From contig CAWDDT010000009.1 in assembly GCA_963801165.1 (NCBI GenBank), positions 448,001 through 512,000 on the forward strand: 64,000 bases of DNA, given 5' to 3'. The first letter of the stretch is position 1, and each line of letters opens with the position of its first letter. Shown here piece by piece: positions 45,165 through 54,567 of the stretch. The position numbers and the translations under genes were made by a program. Below the pieces are notes generated by a model. That model saw only the letters and a program-made list of their open reading frames with translations. It was not told the origin of the DNA and made no database searches. This stretch comes from an uncultured bacterium. Lineage in GTDB: Bacteria; Actinomycetota; Acidimicrobiia; Spongiisociales; UBA5794.

Positions 45165-46007
45165 ATGATCGAGGCTGTGACGATGGTCATGTCCCCCGCC
45201 CCGGCATATGTGCGATCGGCGACGATTTCGGCTGCCAATCCGACGATTGAGCCGCCGTTTCTGGGGGCACACGTGGTGGGTCCCGTGCGCCCCGACGAGA
45301 TCGTCGGCTACCTGGACGAGGACGCACTGTTCGGAGCCCGGTGGCACCTGAGTCCCGGCGCCGGTGAGAGCGAGTCCGCGTTCCGTCGGTCCGCCCGTCG
45401 TTTGCTCGTCGAGCAACTTGCCGCTGCCGCCAAGCAAGAGATATTCGCTCCCCAGGTTGCCTACGGGTACTTCCCGGCCAACAGCGACGGTAACGAGGTG
45501 ATCATCTGGGATGACGAGATGTCGAGCGAGAGGGCCCGTCTCGTCTTCAAACGGCAGAGCGGGCAACCGCGACTATGTGTTGCGGACTACGTCAAACCGG
45601 TGGGTCAGATCGACTACGTGGCGCTGCAGATGGTCACGATGGGCAACCGGATGTCCCGACGCAGCCCCGATCACTACGGGGGAGCCACCCCGGAGAGCTA
45701 CTTGCGGCTGCACGGCCTCGGTATCGCAATGGAAGACGCCCTCACCGAGTACTGGCATCGTCGTATCCGTATCGAATGGGGTTTCTGGGACGAGGATGGC
45801 CCGTCGCTCGGTCTGGTGTTCCGCCAGTTCTACAGGGGTGGCCGGTACCCCGTGCCGGGCAACGAGCACACGGTCGCCGAACTGTTGGGTGCGGAGCGAA
45901 TCGGTGTGACCGTCGGTGGCGCCGGTGACGATCCGCTTCAGCCCGAGTTGACCACGGTGCGGCTCATCGTCCACCACCCACAGGCAGGCGGCTTCGTCAT
46001 CGACTGA
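45165..46007 (+). CDS. Stand-alone B12-dependent methionine synthase activation-domain homologue
   Basis: PPF.G, YLDE.ALF..RW.L, YGYFPANSDGN, F.RQ....RLC.AD, YL.LHGLG....AL.EYWHRRIR.EWG, PE.TT....HHP.A; start uncertain. Confidence 0.82.
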   Translation: MIEAVTMVMSPAPAYVRSATISAANPTIEPPFLGAHVVGPVRPDEIVGYLDEDALFGARWHLSPGAGESESAFRRSARRLLVEQLAAAAKQEIFAPQVAYGYFPANSDGNEVIIWDDEMSSERARLVFKRQSGQPRLCVADYVKPVGQIDYVALQMVTMGNRMSRRSPDHYGGATPESYLRLHGLGIAMEDALTEYWHRRIRIEWGFWDEDGPSLGLVFRQFYRGGRYPVPGNEHTVAELLGAERIGVTVGGAGDDPLQPELTTVRLIVHHPQAGGFVID

Positions 46008-46089
46008 GGTCGGCCCGATAGAGCTTACCTGGGGGGCCGGAAGCGTCCGCTGTGGGAGCTCCCAACCCCCGAGGTTGCTCAGCCGTGAC

Positions 46090-46584
46090 TCAATCGACCG
46101 GGCACTGCCGGACGTTGGGGTTGTAGTCCGCAAAGATCCCTGATGGGTTCTTCTTCCAGATCCAGGCGTGGAGCACCCAGACCCCGAGTGCGGTGTTCTC
46201 GTGAAATGGCATGCCGAACAACCGGGGCGGATTGGCCGGATCGACCAGGTCCCCGGGAACGATGTACTCCACCGCTACCAACCTGAGGCCTCTTCCGGTG
46301 ACTTCGTAGACCATGGCCTCGGGGCTGAGGGCGTCGACCTCGGCATCGAGCGCGTTCAGATTCACGTAGTGCTGGCCCATTCCACCTGCGTCTGAGTCGA
46401 AGCAGTCGAGGAACATCGAGTACCCCGCGCTCTCAGCGTTGGCAACGTTGTGGTACGCGGCCGTGGCCTGCCTAACGCCGTTCAGTGACTGGCTCAGCTC
46501 GGATGCGCTGGCCACTCCGGGCAGCGTGGTGAGCGCAACCGCCACCAGCGCGAGCGTGATGCTGCGGGCTGCCGTCGTTCTCAT
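46090..46584 (-). CDS. Secreted protein with GMGxHY / LHAWxW..NP.G.F motifs (TTHB210/DUF5602-like)
   Basis: Signal peptide; ATAAYH.V..A...GY, GGMGQHYVN, PEAMVYE, LVAVEY, LHAWIW..NPSGIF..YNPNV.C. Confidence 0.8.
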   Translation of the reverse strand: MRTTAARSITLALVAVALTTLPGVASASELSQSLNGVRQATAAYHNVANAESAGYSMFLDCFDSDAGGMGQHYVNLNALDAEVDALSPEAMVYEVTGRGLRLVAVEYIVPGDLVDPANPPRLFGMPFHENTALGVWVLHAWIWKKNPSGIFADYNPNVRQCPVD

Positions 46585-46832
46585 CCTTCCGACACCTCGA
46601 ATATCTCGTCGGCGACCAGGCCGTGCGCTTCCCGGTGCACGGTCGCTGCAGCGTCGGCGCTCGGCGCCTCTACCAGACAGAAGACCTTGCCGGCCCTCTC
46701 GTCGACCCAGTAGCTGCGATAGTTGACGCCGTGTTTCCCCTGGATCTCCAGGTCCGCCTCGTGGGCCTTGGCCACGTCTGCTGCGGTCGCCCCATCTGGC
46801 AGGTGGGCGTGAACGTCCATATACAAGGGCAT
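46581..46832 (-). CDS. DUF4242 (SCO4226-like nickel-responsive) protein
   Basis: MPLYMDVH, DVA.AH.ADL.IQ.KHGV.Y..YWVDE..GKVFCL..AP......VHREAHGL.ADEI. Confidence 0.92.
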   Translation of the reverse strand: MPLYMDVHAHLPDGATAADVAKAHEADLEIQGKHGVNYRSYWVDERAGKVFCLVEAPSADAAATVHREAHGLVADEIFEVSEG

Positions 46833-46937
46833 TTGCTTTCTCCTTCTGCTTGGAACCCTTCACCCACACGTTGACCGACGACGATCGTTTTCAGGTTGTA
46901 CGGCGCTTTGATCCGGATAGCACGGTACGTTTGCGTC

Positions 46938-49900
46938 ATGCGGATCAACGTCCTCGGCCCTCTCGAGGTCCTCGACCCACTCATTGCGGTGAGTCGGCCT
47001 GCCGACCGCGCCGTTATGACCATCCTGGCTGCATCGTCCGGCGAGCTCGTGTCGATCGACAGGCTGGTCGACGGCCTGTGGGGCGAACGGGCACCCGACT
47101 CGGCATCAAGGACGCTGCGCACCTATGTCCACCATCTGCGTTCGCTCATGCCTGAAGGTGTCATTGCGACTGCCGGTGCGGGATACCGGCTGGATCTCGA
47201 GCCCGGCTGTGTGGATGCCGACCAATTCATCACGGGTCTCGAGTCGGCCGGCGATCTGGTCGCGCAGGATCCGTCCGAGGGGGCGCGATTGCTCCGCGCT
47301 GCGCTGGAGCTCTGGCGAGGCTCACCGTTTGCCGATGCTCCGAACGCCGACCACCTGATCCCGCTCCGAACCCGTCTCGAGAGTCTGCACCTCCAGGCAC
47401 GGGTCGATCTGCTGGGTACCCGGCTCGCAATGGGCGAGGACCAGGAGCTAGTCCCGGAGTTGCGGGCCTTGCTCGAGGAGCAGCCGCTGCTCGAGGACGC
47501 CTGGGCGCTGCTGATGACGGCCCTGTACCGCACCGGCCGGCAAGCCGATTCACTGCGCGCCTACGCCTCGGCCCGCCGCCACCTGGTCGAGGAGCTAGGC
47601 ATCGACCCGGGTCCCGATCTCAGACACCTCGAGGCGCGGATCCTTGCGCAGGACCCGGGTCTTCTTCTGACACCGCCGCCGATGGTGTCGTCCACGCAAA
47701 CAGAGCCCGGCCCGCTTCTCAGCGAGCCACAGCGCCGGCTGGCGACGTTTGTCCTGGCCGAGATGACCGCGGAACGGACGGGTGGAGAAGGTGCTTCCGA
47801 GCCGCTCGACGTTGTGCGCGGGGCGCTGGAGAGGCTTGGTGGATCGATTGTGGCGACAAGCGCTTCATCGGTGATCGCATCGTTCGGGATTCCCGTGGCG
47901 CGCGACGACGACGCCTATCGAGCCATCCGGGGAGCAATAGAGGCGCGCAGCGAGACTGCCCTGGCGGGACGAGCCGGCGACGCACCCGCGGATATCCACC
48001 TAGCCGTCCTCTCGCTGCCGGTCGATGTGACGGCGGGGAAGGTTTCACAGCTGACCGGGGTGACCGGACGGCTCATCGACCTGCTCTCGGCCGCCGATCC
48101 GGGCGACGTCGTTGTCGACGGCGCCACCAGGCGACGACTGGACCGCCTTTTCACGTGGGAGGAAGACTCGGCCGTGGCGCCGGACGGCGTTCCGGTGTGG
48201 CGTGTGGGCTCGACTCGCGGCACCGCCGACAAAGTACGCATGTCGCCCCGGCTGCGGGCCCGTTTCGTCGGGAGGGAAACCGAGCTGACCGCAGCCCGTA
48301 CCGTGATCGACGCAGGCAATAAGGGGCTTGGTGGCCTGCTGATTGTGCGCGGTGAGGCAGGTGTCGGCAAGACCCGTCTGGTCGAGGAGCTCAGGTCCCA
48401 TGCGAGCGGGCAGATGACCTGGCTGGTTGGCCATTGTGCTGCCTACGCCGAGGCGATTCCGTACTGGCCCATCGCAAGCCTCCTCCGCGACTGGCTCGAC
48501 CTCGGTGTCGACGACACTGACGTGAAGGCTCGAGTTGCCCTCCAGGCCAAGCTGGAGTCGACGCTCGACTCACCCGAACGCGTCTTCCCCTACCTGGCCG
48601 GGGTGCTGGGAGGTACCCAAGACAAGAGCTCGGGGACTCGCACGAACCTGGCCCCCGAAGCGCTCCAGTACCGGACCTTCGAGGCGCTTGGTGAGCTGGT
48701 CGAGGCGCTCGCCAGGCGTGCGCCACTGGTGGCGATCATCGAAGACGTGCATTGGGCGGATCCCACCTCGCTGCGTCTCATCGAGCAGTTGCTCGAATAC
48801 ACCGAGCGCACCGCGCTCGTCATCGTCCTCACCATGCGGCCCGACCCCGACCATACCTCCCAGCAGTTGCTCGAGGTGGTCCACAGGACCATCCCACACC
48901 GTGTCACCGAGATCCATGTCGATGTGTTGCTGCAGCCGGCGCAAGCGGAGATGCTCGACTCGATGGTGGGGGCGGGGACGCTTCCGGAGAAGACGGTTGG
49001 CCAGCTTCTCCAGCTTGCAGAGGGCAACCCCTTCTATGTCGAGGAGCTGGTCGGAACGCTCGTGGACGCCGGTGCCCTCGTGCGCGCCGGGACGGTATGG
49101 CGGTTCGACCACGATCTGCCCTTAACGGTCCCGGAGTCGGTCGAGAAGATCGTGCAATCACGCATCGACCGGCTCGATCCCCATACTCGCGAGGTGGTCA
49201 CCTCGGCCGCGGTGCTGGGACGAAGCTTCGGGTTGCCGCTGCTCCAAGGGGTCACCGAGGAGCCCGAGGAGCTGCTGACATCGATCAACCAGCTTCTCCG
49301 GCTCGATCTTCTCATCGAGGTGCGCCGGTGGCCACAGGCCGAGTATGTGTTCAAGCATGCCCTGACCCAGGAAGCCGCGTATCGCACCCTGTCGGAGGAG
49401 AGACGCCGCGACCTGCATCGGCGCGCCGCCGTCTGGCTCGAGCATCGCCACGAAGGCAACCTCAACGAGGTTGCCGGTCTGCTCGCCAACCATTGGCTGG
49501 CGGCGGGCGACGAGTCAAAGGCAACCGTCGCATTGCTGCGCGCCGGTGACGTCGCCAGGAGCGAGCACGCGCTCGACGAGGCGATCGGCCACTACAGGGC
49601 GGCGTTGCCGATCCTCGAGCGCGACCCCGATCGCCGGGAGACTGCCGTCTTGCTGCTGAAGCTGGCCAATGCCTTCCACTCGTCGTTGCGATTCGCCGAG
49701 GCCAACGACGCTTACCAGCAGGCGTTCGAGTTGTGGGATTACGGGGACGTCGCCGAAGCGACGGAGACACTGCGTGTTTCCGGCCCACCGTTCTACCGGC
49801 CGGCAGACCCTGTCCGTTCATATGCGCTGCAGGACATCCAATTACAGATGGCGTTGTTTGATCGCCTGGTCGAGCGTTGGCCGGATGACACGCTTGTCCC

Positions 49901-51242
49901 GTCGCTGGCGGATCGCTGGACGATCTCAGCCGACGGTCTCGAGTACGTATTCCACCTTCGCCCGGGACTGTCATGGTCCGACGGCACTCCACTGACCGCA
50001 CACGATGCCGCCTTCGGGATCCTGCGGAATCTCGACCCGGTGAGGCCGGGAATCAGCGTGGCCATGTTGTACGTGATCGCCGGCGCCCGCGATCACGTTC
50101 TCGGGGTCGTCTCGGACCTCGACAGCGTCGGAGTCGAGGTACTTGACGATCTGACGATCAGGTTTCGGCTCGATGCACCGGCACCGTACTTTCTCTCCAT
50201 GCTCAACAGGCCCGACTGCGGTCCGCAGCCTCGCCATGCGATCGAGAAACTGGGTGATGAATGGGCGACGGCCGACAACGAGGTCGTCAGCGGGCCCTTC
50301 CACCGGGTCGACCACGACGCCGATCACGTCACGTTGGAGAGGCGGCCCGGTTACCCGGGAACGCGATTCGGGAACGTTCATCGGGTCGAATGGAGACAAG
50401 GCACGTACGAAGCGGCTATCGCCGACTATGCAGAGGGTCGTCGGGACCTCCTCTGGCTGGGCGCCGGCTGGCATGGAGAGGGGGTCGATCTTATTCCCCC
50501 ATCCGATATCTACCCCGAGCCGCCGGCAGGGCTCACCTATCTCTACTTCGATTTCGAGCACGAGCGGGTAGGCGACCCCGCGGTTCGTCGCGGGCTGGCC
50601 CATGCAATCGATCGCACAGCGTTGGCGGAGGTCTTTCCCGTCAACTCGATGGTCGCTACCGGTGGTGTGGTCCCCCCGCCGCTGGCCGGTCACACGCCCG
50701 ATATCGCTCTGCGCTTCGACCCGGAGCTCGCTCGGGCGCTCGTGAAACCACACGAGTGGATCGATCCGCTCCAGGTGGTCACCACCCCCCTGTTTGCGCC
50801 GCGTGTCGTGGCTGTCGCGGAGATGTGGCGTGCCCATCTCGGTATCGCCGTCGACGTGACGACGCTCGAGGGGACGAGGCTACGCGAATTTCCCAGTAAA
50901 CGGCACGAATACGCCGTGTACCCGGCCTATTGGTATCCGGGCTACACGGACCCGGAGTACTTCCTGCGGCTGCTGCTCACCCACGACGCCATGGACAACG
51001 CGGGCTCGTTCAACCATCCCCCATTCGATGCGCTCGTCGCTCGTGCGATTGCCGAGCGGGACGAGCACACCCGGCTCGAGTTGTTTCACGCCGCTGACAG
51101 GATGGCGGTGGCTGAGGCGGTGGCGCTGATCCCGCTTGCCTATGTCTGGAACACATCTGTCCGCGCCCCGTATCTCCACGGCTGGTGGGAGTTCGGCAAG
51201 TCCTGGGCGAGCTTTGCGGATGTCACAATCGAACGACGTTGA
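46938..51242 (+). CDS. SARP (wHTH+BTAD) - degenerate cyclase - STAND AAA ATPase - TPR - family 5 solute-binding domain fusion
   Basis: RINVLGPLEV, LWRG.P, LM.ALYR.GRQA.SL, GIDPG; FVGRE.EL, GEAGVGKT, IEDVHWAD, GNPFY.EE, FKHAL.QE.AY; PSLA.RW.IS.DG..Y.F.LR....WSDG.PLTA.D, VRRGLA.AIDR. Confidence 0.9.
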   Translation: MRINVLGPLEVLDPLIAVSRPADRAVMTILAASSGELVSIDRLVDGLWGERAPDSASRTLRTYVHHLRSLMPEGVIATAGAGYRLDLEPGCVDADQFITGLESAGDLVAQDPSEGARLLRAALELWRGSPFADAPNADHLIPLRTRLESLHLQARVDLLGTRLAMGEDQELVPELRALLEEQPLLEDAWALLMTALYRTGRQADSLRAYASARRHLVEELGIDPGPDLRHLEARILAQDPGLLLTPPPMVSSTQTEPGPLLSEPQRRLATFVLAEMTAERTGGEGASEPLDVVRGALERLGGSIVATSASSVIASFGIPVARDDDAYRAIRGAIEARSETALAGRAGDAPADIHLAVLSLPVDVTAGKVSQLTGVTGRLIDLLSAADPGDVVVDGATRRRLDRLFTWEEDSAVAPDGVPVWRVGSTRGTADKVRMSPRLRARFVGRETELTAARTVIDAGNKGLGGLLIVRGEAGVGKTRLVEELRSHASGQMTWLVGHCAAYAEAIPYWPIASLLRDWLDLGVDDTDVKARVALQAKLESTLDSPERVFPYLAGVLGGTQDKSSGTRTNLAPEALQYRTFEALGELVEALARRAPLVAIIEDVHWADPTSLRLIEQLLEYTERTALVIVLTMRPDPDHTSQQLLEVVHRTIPHRVTEIHVDVLLQPAQAEMLDSMVGAGTLPEKTVGQLLQLAEGNPFYVEELVGTLVDAGALVRAGTVWRFDHDLPLTVPESVEKIVQSRIDRLDPHTREVVTSAAVLGRSFGLPLLQGVTEEPEELLTSINQLLRLDLLIEVRRWPQAEYVFKHALTQEAAYRTLSEERRRDLHRRAAVWLEHRHEGNLNEVAGLLANHWLAAGDESKATVALLRAGDVARSEHALDEAIGHYRAALPILERDPDRRETAVLLLKLANAFHSSLRFAEANDAYQQAFELWDYGDVAEATETLRVSGPPFYRPADPVRSYALQDIQLQMALFDRLVERWPDDTLVPSLADRWTISADGLEYVFHLRPGLSWSDGTPLTAHDAAFGILRNLDPVRPGISVAMLYVIAGARDHVLGVVSDLDSVGVEVLDDLTIRFRLDAPAPYFLSMLNRPDCGPQPRHAIEKLGDEWATADNEVVSGPFHRVDHDADHVTLERRPGYPGTRFGNVHRVEWRQGTYEAAIADYAEGRRDLLWLGAGWHGEGVDLIPPSDIYPEPPAGLTYLYFDFEHERVGDPAVRRGLAHAIDRTALAEVFPVNSMVATGGVVPPPLAGHTPDIALRFDPELARALVKPHEWIDPLQVVTTPLFAPRVVAVAEMWRAHLGIAVDVTTLEGTRLREFPSKRHEYAVYPAYWYPGYTDPEYFLRLLLTHDAMDNAGSFNHPPFDALVARAIAERDEHTRLELFHAADRMAVAEAVALIPLAYVWNTSVRAPYLHGWWEFGKSWASFADVTIERR

Positions 51243-51417
51243 CGACGGTGCGTTCGTCGTTGGTCCAGATGCCGGCCACGGGCAGCGAGCAACGGTTCCG
51301 GGCACCGCAAAACCACCGACGGGTCGTCGTGGCTTGCCATGAGGGCCGTCGGTCTGATCTGTCCGAGGCGTCGAATTGTGGAAGGGGTGGTATCAGCGCC
51401 CCTGACGAAACCTCGGC

Positions 51418-52695
51418 TCATGGTGCTCGTGCGTGTTGGGCGGGTCGACCGCTGGTGGTGTAGTGGTGCCCGAGAGGGCTGGTGTGAACGAATTCGCCGC
51501 CCTTGACGAGTTGGTAGCTCCACCCATACGCATGTCGGATCACATGGTGATGGCGACACATGGGTCCGAGGTCACATGTGCATGTGATGTGTCGGTGCGA
51601 CCATGGGATGCGGTGGTCGATGTCACAGTCGACGGCCGGTCTGCGACATCCCGGATGGATGCAGGTGGGATGTAGGGTCTCGGCTCGGCGGCGCTGCGAG
51701 GCGGTGGGTCTGCGTCGGGTTATGCCGCCGTCGATGGGCTGTCCGGTGTCGGGGTCGACGAGGGACCAGCGGTGCTCGACGTGCTCTTGATGATCGGCCA
51801 CCTGGCGGGCGATGTCGGCCAGTATCGGCCCGTACCCTCCCAACTCGGCCGACTCGTCGGATTGACCTGTGAGGGTCTCTGCGGTGAGGTTCATGTCGAG
51901 AATGCCGTAGTCGGCCCGGGTGATCTTCCCGGTCACCCTACGGCGTTTCAGGAGGTCGAGATAGATGTCGGCTCGTAGCTGATCCATGGTGCGGGTGTCG
52001 CCGAGGCGTTTTAGCTTGAGCGCTTCCTTGCTGATCCACTTGCCGATCGCGGCGGCGTCGTGGGGCGGTAGATCCAATCCGAGGATGTTGGCGGTTCCGG
52101 AACCGGTGGGCTCTACCACCAGGCGGCGATCCTGCACAGACTGGTCGTAGCGCGCCTTCGCCGCCTCGGGGTCGAGGTCGATGCACAGCTTCTCCAGCCG
52201 GCGGTGCAACTGGCCCGGGGTCAGCCCTGACGCCTCGGGCAACACGAAGTCAACGATCTGCTGGGCGGTGGTGTCCGCCAGGACCATCGTGTGTTGCACG
52301 ATGATCTTGGCCCGGTAGAGGTCGATCCGTCCGTGGAGGACTGCTTCGAACACCTGCGGGTAGTGCCGGCACAAAACCACCGCAAAGGACGTCTCGGTCT
52401 CGGCGGTACGTCGGGTCATATGGAGGGCGGCGCCGATCTCGGCAGCGGCGCCGTCTTGAACCTCCTGGCTATAGGAGAGCCCGCTCTGGAAGTCGTGCTG
52501 GTAGATGGCGACGATCTTCTCAATGGTCCAGCATCGTCCGGCCTGGTAGTGCGAAATCTGCCGGTCCTGGGCCTGGAGGACCCGGATGAGGTTGTAGCCG
52601 GAGAGGTGTTCCCAATCCACGCCGGCCAACACCGCCGCCAATTGGGGGCCGGGCGGGATGTCTTTCAGGTTGTCCGGTACTTGGGAGTCGAACAT
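51418..52695 (-). CDS. DUF222 / HNH endonuclease (13E12-repeat-like) protein
   Basis: RTMDQLRAD, L.GYGP, C.HPGC..PA..CDIDH.IPW, L.P.CRHHH..RH..GW, TSPLG..Y. Confidence 0.92.
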   Translation of the reverse strand: MFDSQVPDNLKDIPPGPQLAAVLAGVDWEHLSGYNLIRVLQAQDRQISHYQAGRCWTIEKIVAIYQHDFQSGLSYSQEVQDGAAAEIGAALHMTRRTAETETSFAVVLCRHYPQVFEAVLHGRIDLYRAKIIVQHTMVLADTTAQQIVDFVLPEASGLTPGQLHRRLEKLCIDLDPEAAKARYDQSVQDRRLVVEPTGSGTANILGLDLPPHDAAAIGKWISKEALKLKRLGDTRTMDQLRADIYLDLLKRRRVTGKITRADYGILDMNLTAETLTGQSDESAELGGYGPILADIARQVADHQEHVEHRWSLVDPDTGQPIDGGITRRRPTASQRRRAETLHPTCIHPGCRRPAVDCDIDHRIPWSHRHITCTCDLGPMCRHHHVIRHAYGWSYQLVKGGEFVHTSPLGHHYTTSGRPAQHARAP

Positions 52696-52724
52696 ACGTT
52701 CGATACTACCCGATGTCTGGGACA
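52688..52724 (-). promoter_or_regulatory. LexA SOS box overlapping the start codon plus a RecA-NDp/PafBC-like promoter
   Basis: TCGAAC-ATAC-GTTCGA at 52688-52703; minus strand TGTCCC-N10-TAGTAT at 52724-52703. Confidence 0.85.
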
Positions 52725-52908
52725 AGTCAAGGCTATCGATCGTTCTCGCCGGGGATCTCTGATGCCTCAGCTCAACGGGAAGGTCACGGGCGCTGAAAGG
52801 TTGCAGACGTAACCGGCTCCTCGATTTGCCGATATGGGCGACCGAAGTGACGAAGCGCTCACAAGTCGGATCAACTCGCGACGAGGGCCAGCTAGGAGTG
52901 TGGGGCGA

Positions 52909-53750
52909 TCACGTCGGGTCGGGTCCCACCACCATGGGCAGGGCCGGGCCCTTGGTCCACTCCTCGAGGGAGCCGCGGTAGATGGCGACTTCGGCGTAGC
53001 CGGCGCGCACCATGGCGAACGCCGAGGCGGCGGCAGCGATGCCGCCCCCGCAGTAGGTGATGGCCCGCTGGTCGGGCGAGCCGCCCAACCCCGCCTCGAT
53101 CTCCTCGGTCGACTTCAGCGAGAAGCCGTCGCTGCTGATGGCCCCCATGGGCTCGTTGACCGCCGAAGCGATGTGCCCGGGCCGGTCGTACATGGCGAAC
53201 AGCCCTTGGTAGCTCTCCGGGGGAGGACATCGATGATTCGCACGGTGGGTTCCCTAGTGGCAGCGAGGACCTCGTCCATGTCGGCGAGGGCTCCCGGGCG
53301 GGGGGCAGGGGTGAGAGTCGCCGGCGGGTACTCGGTCGCTTGGTCGGTCACCGGGTGGCCCGCTTGACGCCATTCGGCGACCCCGGCGGGCAGCAGTGCC
53401 GCACGGTCGAAGCCGACCGAACGCAGCAGCCACCAGGCCCAGGCGGCCCACATCGACCCGGAGTTGTCGTAGAGCACTACGTGGGTCTCGTCGCCGATCC
53501 CGAGCCGACTGAACGCAGCAGCGAGTTCTCCGACCGGAAGGGGCGTGTAACTGAGTTCGGCCTCCGGATCGGAAAGGTCGTCCTGGAGCTCGAGGAATGC
53601 AGCACCAACGATGTGCTCGAGGTCGTAGGCGGGACGCCCGGACTTCTCTTGGCCGATGGTCATGTCCACGAATCGAGAACAGTCGAAGACGAGGAGGTCG
53701 GGGTCGCTGAGGTGGTCGGCGAGCCAATTAATGGTGACGAGCGATTCCAT
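52909..53750 (-). pseudogene. Second two-domain sulfurtransferase, split by a one-base frameshift in a G5 run (~53219-53223)
   Basis: 5' ORF has EHIVGA, VVLYD..WAAWAWW.L; 3' frame continues PESYQG..RPGHI..YCGGGIAA..YRGSLEEW. Confidence 0.85.
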
Positions 53751-53846
53751 GACTTACATCGTGACGGTCATTCCCAATCAGCCGACACGCTCGGACACAG
53801 TAAAAAGGGCCCACCCGTAACCGACAATCCCGAGCGGACAGTGCGC

Positions 53847-54182
53847 TCAGGCCTCGAAGGGGACCGGCATCATTTCGTAGATCTCGATGGCGAAGTTCCC
53901 CGAGCCCTCACTCAGGTAGGGATGGCCGTCCGCGAGGTGCTGTGCGGCGGCCAGATCGGGTGCTTCGACGATCGAGTAGCCGGAAAGGGGGACGGGAGCG
54001 GACGTGGTTCCGTTGTCGATCACGGAGACACCCGCACCGAACGGTGTTCCCACATCTGAGAGCGCCGGTCCGACCTTTTCCATCCAGGCCCCCCATTTGG
54101 CCATGACTTCCCGCGCCTGTTCCTCCGTCATGTCGGCGGTGTCAGTCGCCTCTCCCTTGTAGATCATGATGAATCTCGGCAT
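53847..54182 (-). CDS. YciI/YCII-related protein
   Basis: MPRFIMIY.G, W.AW....G....D.G.P, SGYSIVEA.D...A......HP. Confidence 0.82.
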   Translation of the reverse strand: MPRFIMIYKGEATDTADMTEEQAREVMAKWGAWMEKVGPALSDVGTPFGAGVSVIDNGTTSAPVPLSGYSIVEAPDLAAAQHLADGHPYLSEGSGNFAIEIYEMMPVPFEA

Positions 54183-54201
54183 CGACCCTCCTCAGGTGCT
54201 T

Positions 54202-54253
54202 TAGTCGAGACTATATCGCTTGGTCCTCACTATTTCAACAGTGGCTAAAATAG
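54202..54253. promoter_or_regulatory. Candidate ArsR operators in the divergent promoter
   Basis: TAGTC-GA-GACTA (54202-13) and CTATTT-N12-AAATAG (54230-53). Confidence 0.45.
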
Positions 54254-54261
54254 CGCTCGAA

Positions 54262-54567
54262 ATGGACGACCTCCAGGTGCTCGCCGAGCCAAGACGGCGC
54301 CAGATCCTCGCCATGGTCTGGGATGAGGAGATGCCTGCCTCGGTGATCGCCGCCAACTTCGATGTCACGTTTGGCGCAGTTTCCCAACACCTCTCTGTCC
54401 TTCGGGATGCTGCGATGGTCAAGGTTCGGCAGGAAGGCAATTACCGCTACTACCGGGCGGATCGAGACCGGCTCGAGCCATATCGGACGATCCTCGAGGC
54501 CATGTGGCGGGAGACGCTTCGGGATCTCGCCTCCACGATCGAGCGGTCGGAGGGCGACGTGTCATGA
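54262..54567 (+). CDS. ArsR/SmtB family transcriptional regulator
   Basis: LAEPRRRQIL, IA..F.VT..AVSQHL.VL..A..V.VR..G..RYY. Confidence 0.92.
   Translation: MDDLQVLAEPRRRQILAMVWDEEMPASVIAANFDVTFGAVSQHLSVLRDAAMVKVRQEGNYRYYRADRDRLEPYRTILEAMWRETLRDLASTIERSEGDVS

Noticed and set aside
46833-46937. SARP-type heptamer repeats with 11-bp spacing
   Set aside because: Only weak TTGA/TTGT matches without consistent phasing.
51270-51345. Partial resemblance to a c-di-GMP-I riboswitch (CGCAAAACC...TTGCC)
   Set aside because: Lacks the GCAAA/GNRA P2 arm and lies between convergent genes with nothing to regulate.
51360-51417. CTGACGA/GAAAC hammerhead-like core
   Set aside because: The two motifs overlap with no stem II between them, so a hammerhead cannot form.
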